Source: ANME-2 cluster archaeon
GTDB lineage: Archaea; Halobacteriota; Methanosarcinia; Methanosarcinales; Methanocomedenaceae
Length of the DNA stretch: 64,000 nt
NCBI GenBank assembly: GCA_014237145.1
Contig: JAAXOC010000096.1
Span: 60,138 to 124,137, forward strand
Direction: 5' to 3'
Below, piece by piece: positions 9,952-21,225 of this stretch (position 1 is the stretch's first letter; each line of letters starts with the position of its first letter). The notes under the pieces were generated by a model, which made no database searches, was not told where the DNA came from, and saw only the letters and a program-made list of their open reading frames with translations. The position numbers were made by a program, and so were the translations under genes.

Positions 9952-10890
9952 ATGGCTAATAAGAAACTACGTATAGGTCACCTCTCCACATTCTACCATA
10001 CTTCGTTCATACTTATGGGTACACAATGGCTTGAGGATAAACTGGGCCTTACAGTCAAATGGAGCATGTTCGGCGGAGGCCCGGCTATCGTGGATGCTTT
10101 TTCCAGGGGCGAGGTGGATATTGGATATATCGGGCTGCCCCCTGTGATGATAGGTATTGACAGGGGCGTGCCCATCATATGCGTGGGCGGCGGCCATATG
10201 GAGGGGACTGTGATGATCGGGCCGCCCGGGTGCAGTACGCTTAAGGATAAGGGCGGGGATATGGCATCGGTCCTGGAGCAGTTCAGGGGCGGTGTAATCG
10301 GGTGTCCGCCGTCAGGTTCTATCCATGATGTAATTATCCGCAACCTGCTGGAGGAGCATGACCTTGGCGGGTCTATTGAGGTAAGGAATTTTCAGTGGGC
10401 AGATTTTATTCCCGATGCACTGGATGACGGCCAGGTGGATGCGGCTATTGGGACGCCGCCTTTGTCGGTTGCGGCTGCCAGGGTATGCGGTACAAAGGTT
10501 GTGATCCCGCCTTCAAAGCTCTGGCCCTTTAATCCAAGTTATGGTATTATTGTAAGCCGTGAACTGCTGCGGGACAGACGTGGACTGGTAGAGGATTTCC
10601 TGCAGCTCCACGAGGATGCTTCCAATCTAATACGGAATGAGCCAGGGCGTGCCGCCCAGGTAGTATCCGATCTGGTTGAAGTGGTTGACAGTGATTTTAT
10701 CATGCAGACTTACCGGGTATCTCCCAGATATTGTGCAGGTCTTCCCAGGGAGTATATTGATTCAACGATGGCTTTTGTACCAGTGCTTCGTAATCTTGGT
10801 TATGTTGAGAATGAACTGGATGAGAGTGATGTTTTTGATAGGACAGTGATTGAAAAGGTACATCCGGGGGAGTACCATTATTTTTTATAG
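9952..10890 (+). CDS. NMT1/THI5- or SsuA-like substrate-binding protein (no obvious signal peptide)
   Basis: The 312-aa ORF has a periplasmic-binding-protein-like pattern (LRIGHLSTFYHT...GGGPAIVDAFSRGEVDIGYIGLPP). The ligand is unknown. Confidence 0.5.
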   Translation: MANKKLRIGHLSTFYHTSFILMGTQWLEDKLGLTVKWSMFGGGPAIVDAFSRGEVDIGYIGLPPVMIGIDRGVPIICVGGGHMEGTVMIGPPGCSTLKDKGGDMASVLEQFRGGVIGCPPSGSIHDVIIRNLLEEHDLGGSIEVRNFQWADFIPDALDDGQVDAAIGTPPLSVAAARVCGTKVVIPPSKLWPFNPSYGIIVSRELLRDRRGLVEDFLQLHEDASNLIRNEPGRAAQVVSDLVEVVDSDFIMQTYRVSPRYCAGLPREYIDSTMAFVPVLRNLGYVENELDESDVFDRTVIEKVHPGEYHYFL

Positions 10891-10989
10891 CTTCAACTCT
10901 GCCACATATGGAAAATAACGTATTCAATAACCTCAACTCTGCCACTTATATAGAATTATTTATTCTCCCGATAAGCAAGGTAGAGGTTT

Positions 10990-11277
10990 CTAAAACATAC
11001 GCTCAAGGGCCTGCTTGGCTGGCATTCCCACTTCAATTCCCAGATCGATTGCTGCCGGGGTGGCCTCCACCACACTGGCTGCCAGAACGTCCTCGAAATT
11101 GCTTACACCGGTCACCTTTACGGCGACGTCATCCAGGCGTTCTGCCATGGAAATATCCAGGTATCCGCACATTACAAAACCCCTGGGTGCTTTTATGACC
11201 AGTAGCGGCGCATGCTCCATATCCATTTTCAGACCCAGTGCCGTGCCGTTTACCATTTCTATGGATTCGATCAGCAT
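10990..11277 (-). CDS. DUF1805 (YunC-like) protein
   Basis: The 95-aa ORF has APLLVIKAPRGFVMCGYLDISMAERLDDVAVKVTGVSNFEDVL, typical of DUF1805. Confidence 0.7.
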   Translation of the reverse strand: MLIESIEMVNGTALGLKMDMEHAPLLVIKAPRGFVMCGYLDISMAERLDDVAVKVTGVSNFEDVLAASVVEATPAAIDLGIEVGMPAKQALERMF

Positions 11278-11280
11278 ATC

Positions 11281-11385
11281 TTAATCCAGTTTTTTCAGGT
11301 CAGTGGATTGGCAGGTGGGGCAGGACAGCTTATTTCCCATACCTTTGAATCTGTTTCCACATGCACTGCATTCATATCTTGTCAT
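11281..11385 (-). CDS. Small zinc-ribbon protein (FmdB/CxxC_CxxC-like)
   Basis: The peptide is MTRYECSACGNRFKGMGNKLSCPTCQSTDLKKLD. The ORF is open up to 11517, but the upstream part does not look protein-like. Confidence 0.4.
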   Translation of the reverse strand: MTRYECSACGNRFKGMGNKLSCPTCQSTDLKKLD

Positions 11386-11540
11386 TGCAGCAGCGCTCAG
11401 GTCCACGCTATCTGCAGTGCTTGAATCAACAAAACACATATTATACTGCACCTCATAATATAGAAATCCATTATAGGTAATAAGATTTCTGCCGAAACGA
11501 AAAACACTGGCAAACACTTATATATCTCTTACAATATCAT

Positions 11541-12455
11541 ATGCGGAAAGTACTTATGCCATATTTAGCCCAGGACAATAGAAGTCCAGACCTGACAATA
11601 TTCATCCCCTCATCCCTGACAGCAGAAACAAGGGACAGGAGAATAAAGACATATAAGGTCGGACAGATTGCAAGAGCGGCATCAGTGTTCAGGGTCGGGA
11701 AGATAATCATCTACCGCGACCCGCAATTCGATGACAGTAGGTTTATAGACCTGCTGCTGAGATATGCAGAAACACCACAGTACCTGCGAAAACACCTGTT
11801 TCCCATTAGGGAGGAGCTAAAGCATGCAGGGGTGTTACCACCGCTAAGGACACTGCATCATCCCATCGAATCAAGATCATCGAACCTCAACGAAGGAGAA
11901 TTCCGGGTTGGGGTAGTGGTCCCCGGACCACAAAAAAAGAAAAGCGAGAAAAAAGTCGGATCTGACAAAAGTGCATGGGTCGATATCGGAATCGATAGCC
12001 CGATCCGCCTCGAAGCACCTTCAAGGAAAGTGCGAACTGGCGAGCGCGTTAATGTCAGAATCTTTTCGCGAAGACCAATACAAGCAAAGCTGGTAACAAA
12101 GGACGAGATTCCCATATACTGGGGATACCGTACAGCAGTAGAAGACAGCCTGTCAGGGGCGCTGGAAAAAAATTCAGAAGAAGGTGCCCTGATAATCGCC
12201 ACATCCCGCCAGGGTAAGTTGCTCGACAACACACTCCTGGCACAGATCGGTGAACAGACAAACCAGTCTATTAATACTGCTGTGGTATTTGGCTCACCCA
12301 GGCAAGGTATAGAGACCATACTGGCCGATGAGGGCTTCAAGCTCTCTGACTTCCATTGTGAAGTGCTCAATACCATACCCGGACAGGGAACAGCCACAGT
12401 AAGGACAGAAGAGGCCGTATGGGCTACACTGTCTGCGCTGAACCTGGTCAGGTAA
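11541..12455 (+). CDS. SPOUT-superfamily putative RNA methyltransferase (DUF171/COG2106-like)
   Basis: The 304-aa ORF has LTIFIPSSLTAETRDRRIKTYKVGQIARAASVFRVGKIIIY and ends FGSPRQG...LNTIPGQGTATVRTEEA. Confidence 0.65.
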   Translation: MRKVLMPYLAQDNRSPDLTIFIPSSLTAETRDRRIKTYKVGQIARAASVFRVGKIIIYRDPQFDDSRFIDLLLRYAETPQYLRKHLFPIREELKHAGVLPPLRTLHHPIESRSSNLNEGEFRVGVVVPGPQKKKSEKKVGSDKSAWVDIGIDSPIRLEAPSRKVRTGERVNVRIFSRRPIQAKLVTKDEIPIYWGYRTAVEDSLSGALEKNSEEGALIIATSRQGKLLDNTLLAQIGEQTNQSINTAVVFGSPRQGIETILADEGFKLSDFHCEVLNTIPGQGTATVRTEEAVWATLSALNLVR

Positions 12456-12511
12456 GCTGACGACCGTCCCACCACAGCGAATAGGATAATCCTATAACCA
12501 GGAGGAAGAGA

Positions 12512-13528
12512 ATGGCAAATTTACACAGACCAAGACGAGGATCACTGGCCTTCAGCCCAAGGAAAAGGGCAAAGAGCCAGGTACCTACTATGAGATCATG
12601 GTCCAAAGGAAATAATGAGCCCAAGCTGGGCGGTTTTGCCGGATATAAAGTCGGCATGACCCATGTGATCATGATGGACGATAAGCCCAAAAGTCTCACC
12701 GAAGGTACGGAAATTTCCGTTCCGGTGACAGTGCTTGAAGTACCTGCAATGAAAATTGCAGCTATCAGGGTATATGGAGAAACAGGACCTTACGGCACAA
12801 AAATACTGGGCGAAGCATGGTCCACTGACCTTGATCCCACGTTGAACAAGAAACTGTTCACACCAAAGAAAACCAATACGAAAAATGCACTTGAAAAGAT
12901 AGGGAAACTGGTTGAAGAAGGAAAGGTAGCAAACATCCATTTAATCTCTTATACGCTCCCGTCCCTGATAGCAGGAATCCCAAAAAAGACGCCTGATGTG
13001 ATGGAGAACAGGATAGTTGGCGGGGATATAGCCACAAGACTTGAATATGCAACATCCATGATCGGAAAATCAGTCGAAGTTTCTGAAATTTTCAATACCG
13101 GTGATATGATCGACGTATTAGCCATCACCATAGGTAAAGGTACACAGGGACCTGTTAAACGGTGGGGTATCAACCTGATGAAACACAAACACAGCAGACA
13201 GGGCAGTCTCAGGCAGATAGGCACCCTGGGGCCATGGAACCCCTCAAGAGTAAGCTGGCGGGTACCACAACTGGGCCAGACCGGTTATCACCAGAGAACA
13301 GAGTACAATAAACGTATCATCAAGATTGGGGAGAACGGCGTAGAAGTGACCCCTAAAGGTGGATTCCTGAACTATGGAGAAGTAAGCGGGAATTATTTGC
13401 TGTTAAAGGGCAGTGTTCCTGGTCCGAAGAGGCGGCTTATAAGGCTAAGACCGGCCATAAGGGGCGATAAACAGCAGATCGGTGCACCCCAGGTATCATA
13501 TATCAGTGTAGAGTCAAAGCAGGGGTGA
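12512..13528 (+). CDS. rpl3: Ribosomal protein L3 (uL3)
   Basis: The 338-aa ORF starts [16 protein letters not shown]...GYKVGMTHV. It is the first gene of the conserved operon, with aggagg upstream. Confidence 0.95.
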   Translation: MANLHRPRRGSLAFSPRKRAKSQVPTMRSWSKGNNEPKLGGFAGYKVGMTHVIMMDDKPKSLTEGTEISVPVTVLEVPAMKIAAIRVYGETGPYGTKILGEAWSTDLDPTLNKKLFTPKKTNTKNALEKIGKLVEEGKVANIHLISYTLPSLIAGIPKKTPDVMENRIVGGDIATRLEYATSMIGKSVEVSEIFNTGDMIDVLAITIGKGTQGPVKRWGINLMKHKHSRQGSLRQIGTLGPWNPSRVSWRVPQLGQTGYHQRTEYNKRIIKIGENGVEVTPKGGFLNYGEVSGNYLLLKGSVPGPKRRLIRLRPAIRGDKQQIGAPQVSYISVESKQG

Positions 13529-13536
13529 ATTAAGAT

Positions 13537-14292
13537 ATGAGTAAAGCAAAAATCATGGATATTACAGGAGCCTCTAAAGGCGATATCGAGCTCCCCGCTG
13601 TATTTGATGAGATGTACAGGCCCGACCTGATCAAGAAAGCTGTACTTGCAGCCCAGGCAAACAGGCTGCAGGTCTACGGCCCCACACCCTATGCCGGTAT
13701 GCAGACTTCGGCAGCTAACTGGGGTCCCGGCCGCGGTGTAGCCCGTGTACCCAGGATCAAGACAGGCAACCGTGTGGCCCGTATCTCGCAGGCAAGGGGC
13801 GGCAGGAAAGCCCACCCTCCAAAGGTTGAGAAGGATTATTCTGAGAAGATCAATAAGAAGGAACGTTACAAGGCCATCAATTCTGCAATTGCAGCCACTG
13901 CAAATCCCGAATTGGTCCGGAACAGGGGACACAGGTTCGATGCTGAGTTGCCAATTGTAGCTGATGATGAATTCCAAGATATCAAGACAATTAAAGGGGT
14001 TATCGGCTTCATGGAGGCCATTAATGTGTACGATGATGTGATAAGGGCAAAGAACGGTAAGCATATCAGGGCAGGCGGAGGCAAGAGACGCGGACGCAAG
14101 TACAAGAAGCCCAAGAGCCTGCTTATTGTAATTGGCGAGGATAACGGCATCGTACGTGCGGCAAGGAACCTATCAGGTGTGGACGTGATCAATGTGAACA
14201 GGTTGAATGCTGAACTGTTAGCACCAGGTACCCATGCAGGCAGGCTTGCCATCTGGACAGAATCTGCTATCAAGGTATTAGGGGAGGAGTGA
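13537..14292 (+). CDS. rpl4: Ribosomal protein L4 (uL4)
   Basis: The 251-aa ORF is called from its operon position and uL4-like sequence. Confidence 0.95.
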   Translation: MSKAKIMDITGASKGDIELPAVFDEMYRPDLIKKAVLAAQANRLQVYGPTPYAGMQTSAANWGPGRGVARVPRIKTGNRVARISQARGGRKAHPPKVEKDYSEKINKKERYKAINSAIAATANPELVRNRGHRFDAELPIVADDEFQDIKTIKGVIGFMEAINVYDDVIRAKNGKHIRAGGGKRRGRKYKKPKSLLIVIGEDNGIVRAARNLSGVDVINVNRLNAELLAPGTHAGRLAIWTESAIKVLGEE

Positions 14293-14295
14293 TCA

Positions 14296-14547
14296 ATGTC
14301 AATAATATTACATCCTTTTGTTACAGAGAAAGCTACATTCCATATCGAGGACGAGAACAAATTGCAGTTTGTGGTTGATATCAATGCCACCAAGGGCCAG
14401 ATCAAAAGAGAGATCGAGGAACTGTACGATATTCCTGTGCTTTCAGTGAGAACAATGATTACTATGAAAGGGAAGAAAAAGGCTATCGTGGCCTTCGAAG
14501 GCGATAACACAGCCGGCGAACTTGCATCCAAACTTGGAATATTCTAG
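14296..14547 (+). CDS. rpl23: Ribosomal protein L23 (uL23)
   Basis: The 83-aa ORF is called from its operon position. Confidence 0.95.
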   Translation: MSIILHPFVTEKATFHIEDENKLQFVVDINATKGQIKREIEELYDIPVLSVRTMITMKGKKKAIVAFEGDNTAGELASKLGIF

Positions 14548-14562
14548 GGAAGGTGAAAAGAT

Positions 14563-15276
14563 ATGGGAAAAAGAATTATTTCACAGAACCGGGGTAAAGG
14601 AACACCCACCTATCGGGCACCCTCCCACAAGTTCAAGGCCCAGCTTAAACACATCAAAGTGGACCAGAATGAAACAGTTAAAGGCGAGGTCATTGAGATA
14701 CTTCACGATACTGCCAGGTCTGCACCTATTGCAAGGATCAGCCTGGAGAACGGAGAAGAACGCCTGATACTGATTCCGGAAGGTATTGCAGTAGGGCAGG
14801 AGATCGCCTGCGGTATTTCTGCAGAGATACTGCAAGGTAATACGTTGCCCCTGCGTGAGATCCCTGAAGGTGTACTGTTGTGTAACATTGAGAACAAGCC
14901 CGGTGACGGCGGGCAATTTGCCAGGTCAAGCGGTGTATATGCCGTGCTGATTGCCCATGATGTGGGTAAGACCGTTGTGCAGATGCCCAGTGGAGCCACA
15001 AAATGGTTGAACCCGAAGTGCAAAGCTACCATAGGAGTAGTGGCGGGCGGAGGCAGGGTCGATAAGCCCTTTGTAAAGGCCGGGAAGAAATATCATAAAT
15101 TAAAGACAAGAGCAGCAAAGTATCCCAGGGTATCCGGTGTGGCAATGAACGCCATAGACCACCCATTCGGAGGCGGTGGATGGCAGCATCCGGGAAGACC
15201 CAAGACTGTTAGCCGAAGAGCACCGCCAGGCAGGAAGGTCGGGTCCATTGCGGCAAGAAGAACAGGAAAGAGGTGA
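14563..15276 (+). CDS. rpl2: Ribosomal protein L2 (uL2)
   Basis: The 237-aa ORF has [14 protein letters not shown]. Confidence 0.95.
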   Translation: MGKRIISQNRGKGTPTYRAPSHKFKAQLKHIKVDQNETVKGEVIEILHDTARSAPIARISLENGEERLILIPEGIAVGQEIACGISAEILQGNTLPLREIPEGVLLCNIENKPGDGGQFARSSGVYAVLIAHDVGKTVVQMPSGATKWLNPKCKATIGVVAGGGRVDKPFVKAGKKYHKLKTRAAKYPRVSGVAMNAIDHPFGGGGWQHPGRPKTVSRRAPPGRKVGSIAARRTGKR

Positions 15277-15282
15277 TAAGGC

Positions 15283-15696
15283 ATGGCAAAGAAATCATCC
15301 ACCAAACTGCCCAAGAGAAAGGGTGAGTTTACCTACAGGGGAAAGACTATCCAGGACCTGAAAAGTTTGAGCCTGGAAGAGTTCGCTGAACTCCTGCCTG
15401 CAAGACAGCGCAGGACCATCAACCGCGGGCTTGGCGATGAACATAAGAAAATATTGAACAAGATCAATGACGGAGATACAACCATCAAGACACACCTGAG
15501 GGATATGATCATCCTTCCTGGGATGGTTGGCCTCAATCTGGAGATACACAACGGGAAGAGCTTCGAAAAGGTCGAGGTCATACCCGAGATGCTGGGACAC
15601 TATTTTGGTGAATATTCCTTTACCCGCAAGCGGGTTTCACACGGTTCGGCCGGTGTGGGAGCTACCAAGTCCAGCAAGTTCGTACCGCTGAAATAA
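15283..15696 (+). CDS. rps19: Ribosomal protein S19 (uS19)
   Basis: The 137-aa ORF has [11 protein letters not shown]...[12 protein letters not shown]. Confidence 0.95.
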   Translation: MAKKSSTKLPKRKGEFTYRGKTIQDLKSLSLEEFAELLPARQRRTINRGLGDEHKKILNKINDGDTTIKTHLRDMIILPGMVGLNLEIHNGKSFEKVEVIPEMLGHYFGEYSFTRKRVSHGSAGVGATKSSKFVPLK

Positions 15697-15710
15697 TGGA
15701 GGAAGACCAG

Positions 15711-16166
15711 ATGGCAAGAATTGCTTATTCATTACAAGCAGACCCTGATACTACATCAAGGGCCATGGCTCATGAACTCCATATTTCACCCAAGCATTCA
15801 AGGGAGATATGCAGGGCTATCAAAGGTATGAAGACAGGCCAGGCAAAAAAGTACCTTGAGGATGTAACCGTCCTTAAACAGGCAGTCCCGTTCAAGCGTT
15901 ATAACGACAGTATGGGACACCGCAGAGGCCCCATGGCTGCAGGCAGGTATCCACAGAAGGCTGCAAAGGAGTTTATTAAGTTACTGGTGAATGCCGAAGC
16001 CAATGCCGAATATAAGGGCCTGGATTCAAATAATATGAAGATAGCCCACATCGCTACCAAACAGGGCCGGGTCATCAGGGGCTACAGGCCGCGGGCAAGG
16101 GGCAGGTCATCTCCAAAGAATACAGAGACAGTGAATATAGAAATGATAATCCAGGAGGTGCAATGA
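15711..16166 (+). CDS. rpl22: Ribosomal protein L22 (uL22)
   Basis: The ORF is open from 15696. I prefer the ATG at 15711 (MARIAYS...), which follows a ggagga site. Confidence 0.9.
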   Translation: MARIAYSLQADPDTTSRAMAHELHISPKHSREICRAIKGMKTGQAKKYLEDVTVLKQAVPFKRYNDSMGHRRGPMAAGRYPQKAAKEFIKLLVNAEANAEYKGLDSNNMKIAHIATKQGRVIRGYRPRARGRSSPKNTETVNIEMIIQEVQ

Positions 16167-16168
16167 AC

Positions 16169-17200
16169 ATGGGAATAGAAAGAAAGTTCGTGCAGGACGG
16201 GCTGACCAAGGCAAGGATCAATGAATATTTTACTAAGCAGCTTGAACGTGCCGGATACGGTGGAATGGTCATTAACCGTACGCCTATGGGCACCCAGATT
16301 ACATTATTTGCAGAGAAACCTGGAATGGTCATCGGTAAAGGCGGCAAGACCATACACCGTCTTACCAATGATATGTCCTATGTCTATAATATAGATAATC
16401 CCCAGATCGACGTACAGGAGATCAAGGTACCTGAACTCAATGCCCAGATGATGGCAAATCGTCTGGCCAATGCACTTGAAAGGGGATGGTACTTCAGGAA
16501 AGCGGGTTATAATATGCTTCGCAGAATTATGGATTCTGGAGCATTGGGCTGTGAGATAGTCCTATCAGGAAAGTTCACTGGACCCAGGTCCAAGGTATCC
16601 AAGATGGTAGAAGGATACATCAAGCATGCAGGTAAACCGGCTGAAGAACTTGTAGATACGGGTTTTGCCACTGCCGTGAAAAAGCTGGGTACTATAGGAT
16701 GCCGTGTACGTATTGTACAACCCGGCACTGAACTGCCAGGTAAGTTCTACATGCTAAAAGACGAAAAACCGGCTGCACCTGAGACCCCTGAGGCAAAGGC
16801 AAAGGAAGGTATCAAAGAGGTACTGGAAAAAACTCCGGAGAAGCCAGGGATGAAGAATATCAGGCAGGTAGGCAGTGTGTGGGAACACACACACGATGAC
16901 CTGGACTGGCATCCCATGTCTGTACCCCATCCAGCTGTTACAGCGGTCCCTGTGACCGAGGTCACTGAAGAAGAACCGGCAGCAGCCGTTGAAGCGGAAT
17001 CAACTGTTGAAGCAAAAACCGCTGTTGAAGCAGAACCCAGCATGGAAACAGTTGATAAGCCAGTTCAATCGCCTGATATTGAATTGCCGGAAGGTGAACA
17101 GACACGTATCAACGATGGTTTGGAAGAACACAAACACGAAGGTTATGATTACTGGCACCCCAGTTCCAGGACACATAAAACCAAAGGAGATGAAAATTAA
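16169..17200 (+). CDS. rps3: Ribosomal protein S3 (uS3) with an acidic C-terminal extension
   Basis: It starts [11 protein letters not shown] and has a KH domain. I chose the ATG at 16169 because it is better spaced from aggaggtg. About 140 extra C-terminal residues follow. Confidence 0.9.
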   Translation: MGIERKFVQDGLTKARINEYFTKQLERAGYGGMVINRTPMGTQITLFAEKPGMVIGKGGKTIHRLTNDMSYVYNIDNPQIDVQEIKVPELNAQMMANRLANALERGWYFRKAGYNMLRRIMDSGALGCEIVLSGKFTGPRSKVSKMVEGYIKHAGKPAEELVDTGFATAVKKLGTIGCRVRIVQPGTELPGKFYMLKDEKPAAPETPEAKAKEGIKEVLEKTPEKPGMKNIRQVGSVWEHTHDDLDWHPMSVPHPAVTAVPVTEVTEEEPAAAVEAESTVEAKTAVEAEPSMETVDKPVQSPDIELPEGEQTRINDGLEEHKHEGYDYWHPSSRTHKTKGDEN

Positions 17201-17400
17201 TGGCGATCCTGCGAGTGGACGAGATCCGTAACCTGAGCCGGGAAGAGAAACTGGACGAGCTGGAGAAACTTAATGCCGAACTCATCAGGGAACGTGCCAT
17301 TGCATCATCAGGTGGTGCCCCAGAGAACCCGGGCCGCATCGGTGAGTTGCGAAGGACCATTGCAAGGATCAAGACCATCCAGAAGGAGACCGGAGAATAA
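17200..17400 (+). CDS. rpl29: Ribosomal protein L29 (uL29)
   Basis: The 66-aa ORF is called from its operon position. Confidence 0.9.
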   Translation: MAILRVDEIRNLSREEKLDELEKLNAELIRERAIASSGGAPENPGRIGELRRTIARIKTIQKETGE

Positions 17401-17410
17401 GAGGTAATAT

Positions 17411-17746
17411 ATGCAGATATCACCCCGCAACCTCATCCATCACGAATTGATAGGGCTTGAGGTAGAGGTGGTGGACAGCACTAATCCATATCAAATAGGA
17501 ATAAAAGGAAAGGTGATCGACGAAACCAGGAATATATTGAAGATCGATGTGGACGGCGGGCATGTTAGAATGGTGCCCAAATCCCATACTGATTTCATAT
17601 TTACAATACCCTGGGGCAATGGTAGACGTTACCTGCCAGATGCCCGAACGCGGGTCAAGGTAAAAGGAACTTTACTACTCTCACAACCTGAAAACCGCAT
17701 TCAGACAAAGTTCAAAAAAAGCTTCAGACGAAGAAAGAATAAATAA
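17411..17746 (+). CDS. rnp1: RNase P protein component 1 (Rpp29/Pop4 homologue)
   Basis: The 111-aa ORF has HELIGLEVEVVDSTNPYQIGIKGKVIDETRNILKI and sits in the conserved slot between L29 and S17. Confidence 0.85.
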   Translation: MQISPRNLIHHELIGLEVEVVDSTNPYQIGIKGKVIDETRNILKIDVDGGHVRMVPKSHTDFIFTIPWGNGRRYLPDARTRVKVKGTLLLSQPENRIQTKFKKSFRRRKNK

Positions 17747-17773
17747 ATATCATATAATAATGAGGAATATAAG

Positions 17774-18100
17774 ATGACACGAGACATAGGACTGGACATC
17801 AATGCTTCTCCTGATGAGGAGTGTAATGATATCAACTGTCCATTCCATGGGACACTGCCAGTAAGAGGTCAGGTTTTTACCGGGTCAGTGGTCAGCAGTA
17901 AGATGGATAAAACAGTTGTTGTGAAGAGGACCTTTGAGAAACTGGTCACTAAGTATGAGCGATATGAGAAAAGGCAGTCAAAGATGCATGCCCATAATCC
18001 CCCCTGTATCAATGCAAAGGAGGGGGACGTGGTAAAGATCGCAGAATGCAGGCCGCTTAGCAAAACTAAGAAATTCGTAGTGATCGAGGTGACCAAATGA
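17774..18100 (+). CDS. rps17: Ribosomal protein S17 (uS17)
   Basis: The 108-aa ORF is called from its operon position. Confidence 0.95.
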   Translation: MTRDIGLDINASPDEECNDINCPFHGTLPVRGQVFTGSVVSSKMDKTVVVKRTFEKLVTKYERYEKRQSKMHAHNPPCINAKEGDVVKIAECRPLSKTKKFVVIEVTK

Positions 18101-18495
18101 TCGGGATGAAAGCCAAGATACCCCGTGCATTGAATGCCGGTGCCAGGCTGGACTGTGTGGATAATACAGGTGCCAGGCAGGTAGAGATCATTTCCGTGAA
18201 AAAGTACAGGGGTGTCAAGAACAGGCATCCAAAAGCCGGAATAGGAGATATGCTGGTGGTCAGTGTCAAGAAGGGCACACCTGAGATGCGTAAGCAGATA
18301 CTGAATGCAGTGGTGATAAGGCAAAAAAAAGAATACAGGCGTCCGGACGGACTTCGTGTTTCCTTTGAAGATAATGCCGCAGTGATCACTGATCTGGACG
18401 GTATTCCAAAAGGTACCGAGATCAAAGGGCCGGTTGCTAGGGAAGCGGCTGAAAGATTCAGCAAGATAGCCACGGCAGCTTCAATTATAGTATGA
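18097..18495 (+). CDS. rpl14: Ribosomal protein L14 (uL14)
   Basis: The 132-aa ORF has [10 protein letters not shown]. Confidence 0.95.
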   Translation: MIGMKAKIPRALNAGARLDCVDNTGARQVEIISVKKYRGVKNRHPKAGIGDMLVVSVKKGTPEMRKQILNAVVIRQKKEYRRPDGLRVSFEDNAAVITDLDGIPKGTEIKGPVAREAAERFSKIATAASIIV

Positions 18496-18506
18496 GGTGC
18501 TTATCA

Positions 18507-18878
18507 ATGAAGATCGAATCCAAACAACCAAGAAAACAGCGCAAGGCACGCTATAATGCGTCGCTTCACCAGCGCCAGAAATTGATGAGTGTCCAGTTAA
18601 GTCATGAACTCAGGGCCAAGTACAATAAGCGCAACATTCCTGTAAATGTGAATGACACTGTAATGGTCATGCGAGGTGACCATACCGGTACTGAAGGTAA
18701 GGTGGAACTGGTGGACTTAAAGAGAGGTACCATCGTAGTGGAAGGCGTAAGCGTGGCTAAGGCTGATGGTACAGAGGTACCCAGACCAGTACAACCGTCC
18801 AATGTAATGATAACCAAACTTGAACTCAATGACGATATAAGAATACTTACCCTCACCAGAGGAGGCGAAGAAGAGTGA
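18507..18878 (+). CDS. rpl24: Ribosomal protein L24 (uL24)
   Basis: The ORF is open from 18492. I prefer the ATG at 18507 ([14 protein letters not shown]), which follows aggtg. Confidence 0.9.
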   Translation: MKIESKQPRKQRKARYNASLHQRQKLMSVQLSHELRAKYNKRNIPVNVNDTVMVMRGDHTGTEGKVELVDLKRGTIVVEGVSVAKADGTEVPRPVQPSNVMITKLELNDDIRILTLTRGGEEE

Positions 18879-19591
18879 GCAGACATCAGAAGAGAGTGTC
18901 AGCACCCAGAAGCTGGCCCATATCCAAGAAGACCAATATCTGGGTGACCAAACCAAAACCAGGCCCCCATTCCCTTAAACAGGCTATCTCGCTGGGTGTG
19001 CTTATCAGGGATATATTGAAATTAACAGATAATATGCGTGAGACAAAGCGTGTCTTAAACGAGGGTAACATACTGGTTGACGGTATTGTGAGAAGGGACC
19101 ATAAGTTCCCGGTTGGCATATTTGATGTGATCCAGGCCCCAAAGCTGGGAGCATCTTACAGGATGCTCCTGGACCCCAAGGGTCGATTAAGGCTCAACGA
19201 ACTGGATGTGGATAAACCAAGGAAACCATGCAAGATACTCAACAAGACCACAGTCAAGGACGGAAAGGTACAGTTGAACCTTCATGATGGGACTAATATC
19301 CTTGCCAGCAATGACTATAACACAAGGGATACGATCATTCTCGATATTCCCGAAAAAAGCGTACATAAACACATCAAGTACGAACCAGGGAACCTGGCTG
19401 TAGTCATAGGCGGTACCCATTCAGGACAGCTTGCTAAGATCAAGGAGATCAAGTCCGTACGCAGCAGCAGGCATAACATGGTAGTGCTGTTAAAAGACGA
19501 TGGTACAGAGTTCGAGACCATTGAGGATTACGTGTTCGTAGTTGGTACTGACAAACCGGAATTCAACCTGGGAGATGAGATCAATGAGTAA
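18875..19591 (+). CDS. rps4e: Ribosomal protein S4e (eS4)
   Basis: The 238-aa ORF has a GTG start that overlaps the L24 stop. Confidence 0.9.
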   Translation: MSRHQKRVSAPRSWPISKKTNIWVTKPKPGPHSLKQAISLGVLIRDILKLTDNMRETKRVLNEGNILVDGIVRRDHKFPVGIFDVIQAPKLGASYRMLLDPKGRLRLNELDVDKPRKPCKILNKTTVKDGKVQLNLHDGTNILASNDYNTRDTIILDIPEKSVHKHIKYEPGNLAVVIGGTHSGQLAKIKEIKSVRSSRHNMVVLLKDDGTEFETIEDYVFVVGTDKPEFNLGDEINE

Positions 19592-20102
19592 GAATAATGT
19601 TATGACAATACCCAGGGTAGATAAGGTCACAGTCCACATAGGCGTAGGCGAGAGTGGTGAGAGGCTCAATAAGGCAGAAGACATTCTTAGTGAGATCACC
19701 GGGCAGGGAGTTGTAAGGACAAAAGCCAAGAGAACACTGCAAACCTTTGCCATTAAGAAGAACGAACCTATCGGGTGTAAAGTAACACTAAGAGGCAAAC
19801 TTGCAGAGAATTTCATGAAGACCAGTCTTGGCATTATCGAGAATTCACTCGGGGAATCCCAGTTCGATGATACAGGGAATTTCAGTTTTGGGATAGAGGA
19901 ACATACCGATTATGAAGGAATGAAGTATGACCCTAATATTGGTATTTATGGCATGGATGTGACTGTGTCACTAATCAGGCCGGGTTACAGGATAAACAGG
20001 CGCAAGATTGGAAAACGAAAGATACCAAACAGTCACAAGATGACAAAGCAGGGTGCTATGGCCTTTATGAATGAGTATCACGGTGTGGAGGTAGTGGCAT
20101 GA
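19584..20102 (+). CDS. rpl5: Ribosomal protein L5 (uL5)
   Basis: The ATG at 19584 ([22 protein letters not shown]) overlaps the S4e stop by 8 nt. The ORF track extends it to 19542. Confidence 0.9.
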   Translation: MSKNNVMTIPRVDKVTVHIGVGESGERLNKAEDILSEITGQGVVRTKAKRTLQTFAIKKNEPIGCKVTLRGKLAENFMKTSLGIIENSLGESQFDDTGNFSFGIEEHTDYEGMKYDPNIGIYGMDVTVSLIRPGYRINRRKIGKRKIPNSHKMTKQGAMAFMNEYHGVEVVA

Positions 20103-20266
20103 ACAAAAAAAAAGTCGCAGAGATAGAAAACAAGTTCGGCCGAGGTGCCAACGAGTGCCGCAGGTGCGGCCGGAAACAGGGTCTGGTAAGGAAATACGGA
20201 ATATACCTGTGCAGGCAGTGTTTCAGGGAAATTGCACCTGACATGGGATTTAACAAATATTCGTGA
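20099..20266 (+). CDS. rps14: Ribosomal protein S14 (uS14, zinc type)
   Basis: This 55-aa ORF is below the track cutoff: [55 protein letters not shown]. Its ATG overlaps the L5 stop. Confidence 0.9.
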   Translation: MNKKKVAEIENKFGRGANECRRCGRKQGLVRKYGIYLCRQCFREIAPDMGFNKYS

Positions 20267-20276
20267 GGTGAATGAA

Positions 20277-20669
20277 ATGGTATTATTAGACCCACTGGCA
20301 GATGCACTCTCAACCATAATCAATGCAGAGAGCACAGGAAAACCCGACTGCATCATACATCCTGCATCAAAAGTGATAAGCAATGTATTGAAAGTAATGC
20401 AGGATATAGGGTACATTGGCAATTACGAGTTCATAGACGACGGCAAGTCGGGTATGATCAAAGTGGAACTTATTGGAAAGATCAACAAATGCGGAGTCAT
20501 CAAACCCAGGTCATCTGTGGGGTACCATGACTTTGAAAAATGGGAGAAACGCTACCTTCCGGCCCGTAATTTTGGTACCTTGATACTGACCACGCCTGAT
20601 GGGGTGCTATCCCATAGTGAGGCCAGGTCCCGGGTAGTTGGCGGGCAACTGCTTGCATACGTGTACTGA
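20277..20669 (+). CDS. rps8: Ribosomal protein S8 (uS8)
   Basis: The ATG at 20277 gives [18 protein letters not shown]. The track ORF starts at 20232, inside rps14. Confidence 0.9.
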   Translation: MVLLDPLADALSTIINAESTGKPDCIIHPASKVISNVLKVMQDIGYIGNYEFIDDGKSGMIKVELIGKINKCGVIKPRSSVGYHDFEKWEKRYLPARNFGTLILTTPDGVLSHSEARSRVVGGQLLAYVY

Positions 20670-20679
20670 GGTGTGGAAA

Positions 20680-21216
20680 ATGCCAAAAGATTTGAAAAAG
20701 ACCGTGAACATTCCCGACGAGGTCACTGTAGTACTGGAAGGTAACAACATTTCAGTCACTGGTCCCAGGGGTTCATCTGTCCGTGAATTATGGTATCCGG
20801 GAATTACCATCGTACTGGAGGAAAACCAGATTACGATGGACTCGTTCAACCAAAGGAAAAAACAGGTAGCTATGATGGGTACAATTGCATCCCATATCAG
20901 TAATATGATCAATGGTGTCACCAGTGGATATACATACAGGATGAAGGTTTTATATTCACACTTCCCAATCCAGTTAAAAGTAACAGGAGATTACCTAAGT
21001 ATCGGGAATTTCCTTGGCGAAAAGAAACCAAGGAAGGCAAAGATACGTGGTGAAACAAAGGTGGAGACTAAAGGTGACGAGGTAATTGTTTCAGGTATAG
21101 CTATTGAAGATGTAGGCCAGACTGCAGCTAATATCCAGCAGGCAACCAAGATAAAAAGGTTTGACCCAAGGGTATTCCAGGATGGCATATACGTGGTGGA
21201 GAAGACGACAGCGTAG
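20680..21216 (+). CDS. rpl6: Ribosomal protein L6 (uL6)
   Basis: The ATG at 20680 gives MPKDLKKTVNIPDEVTV. The track ORF starts at 20638, inside rps8. Confidence 0.9.
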   Translation: MPKDLKKTVNIPDEVTVVLEGNNISVTGPRGSSVRELWYPGITIVLEENQITMDSFNQRKKQVAMMGTIASHISNMINGVTSGYTYRMKVLYSHFPIQLKVTGDYLSIGNFLGEKKPRKAKIRGETKVETKGDEVIVSGIAIEDVGQTAANIQQATKIKRFDPRVFQDGIYVVEKTTA

Positions 21217-21225
21217 GTGATAGTA

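Noticed and set aside
13393-14531. Two minus-strand ORFs of about 220 aa (13393..14064 and 13866..14531). Similar long antisense ORFs occur at 20991..21656, 11858..12475 and 57715..58392.
   Set aside because: All lie antisense to strongly supported genes (rpl3/rpl4/rpl23, rpl6/rpl32e, the SPOUT gene and the AlbA_2 gene). All have biased, motif-free sequences.
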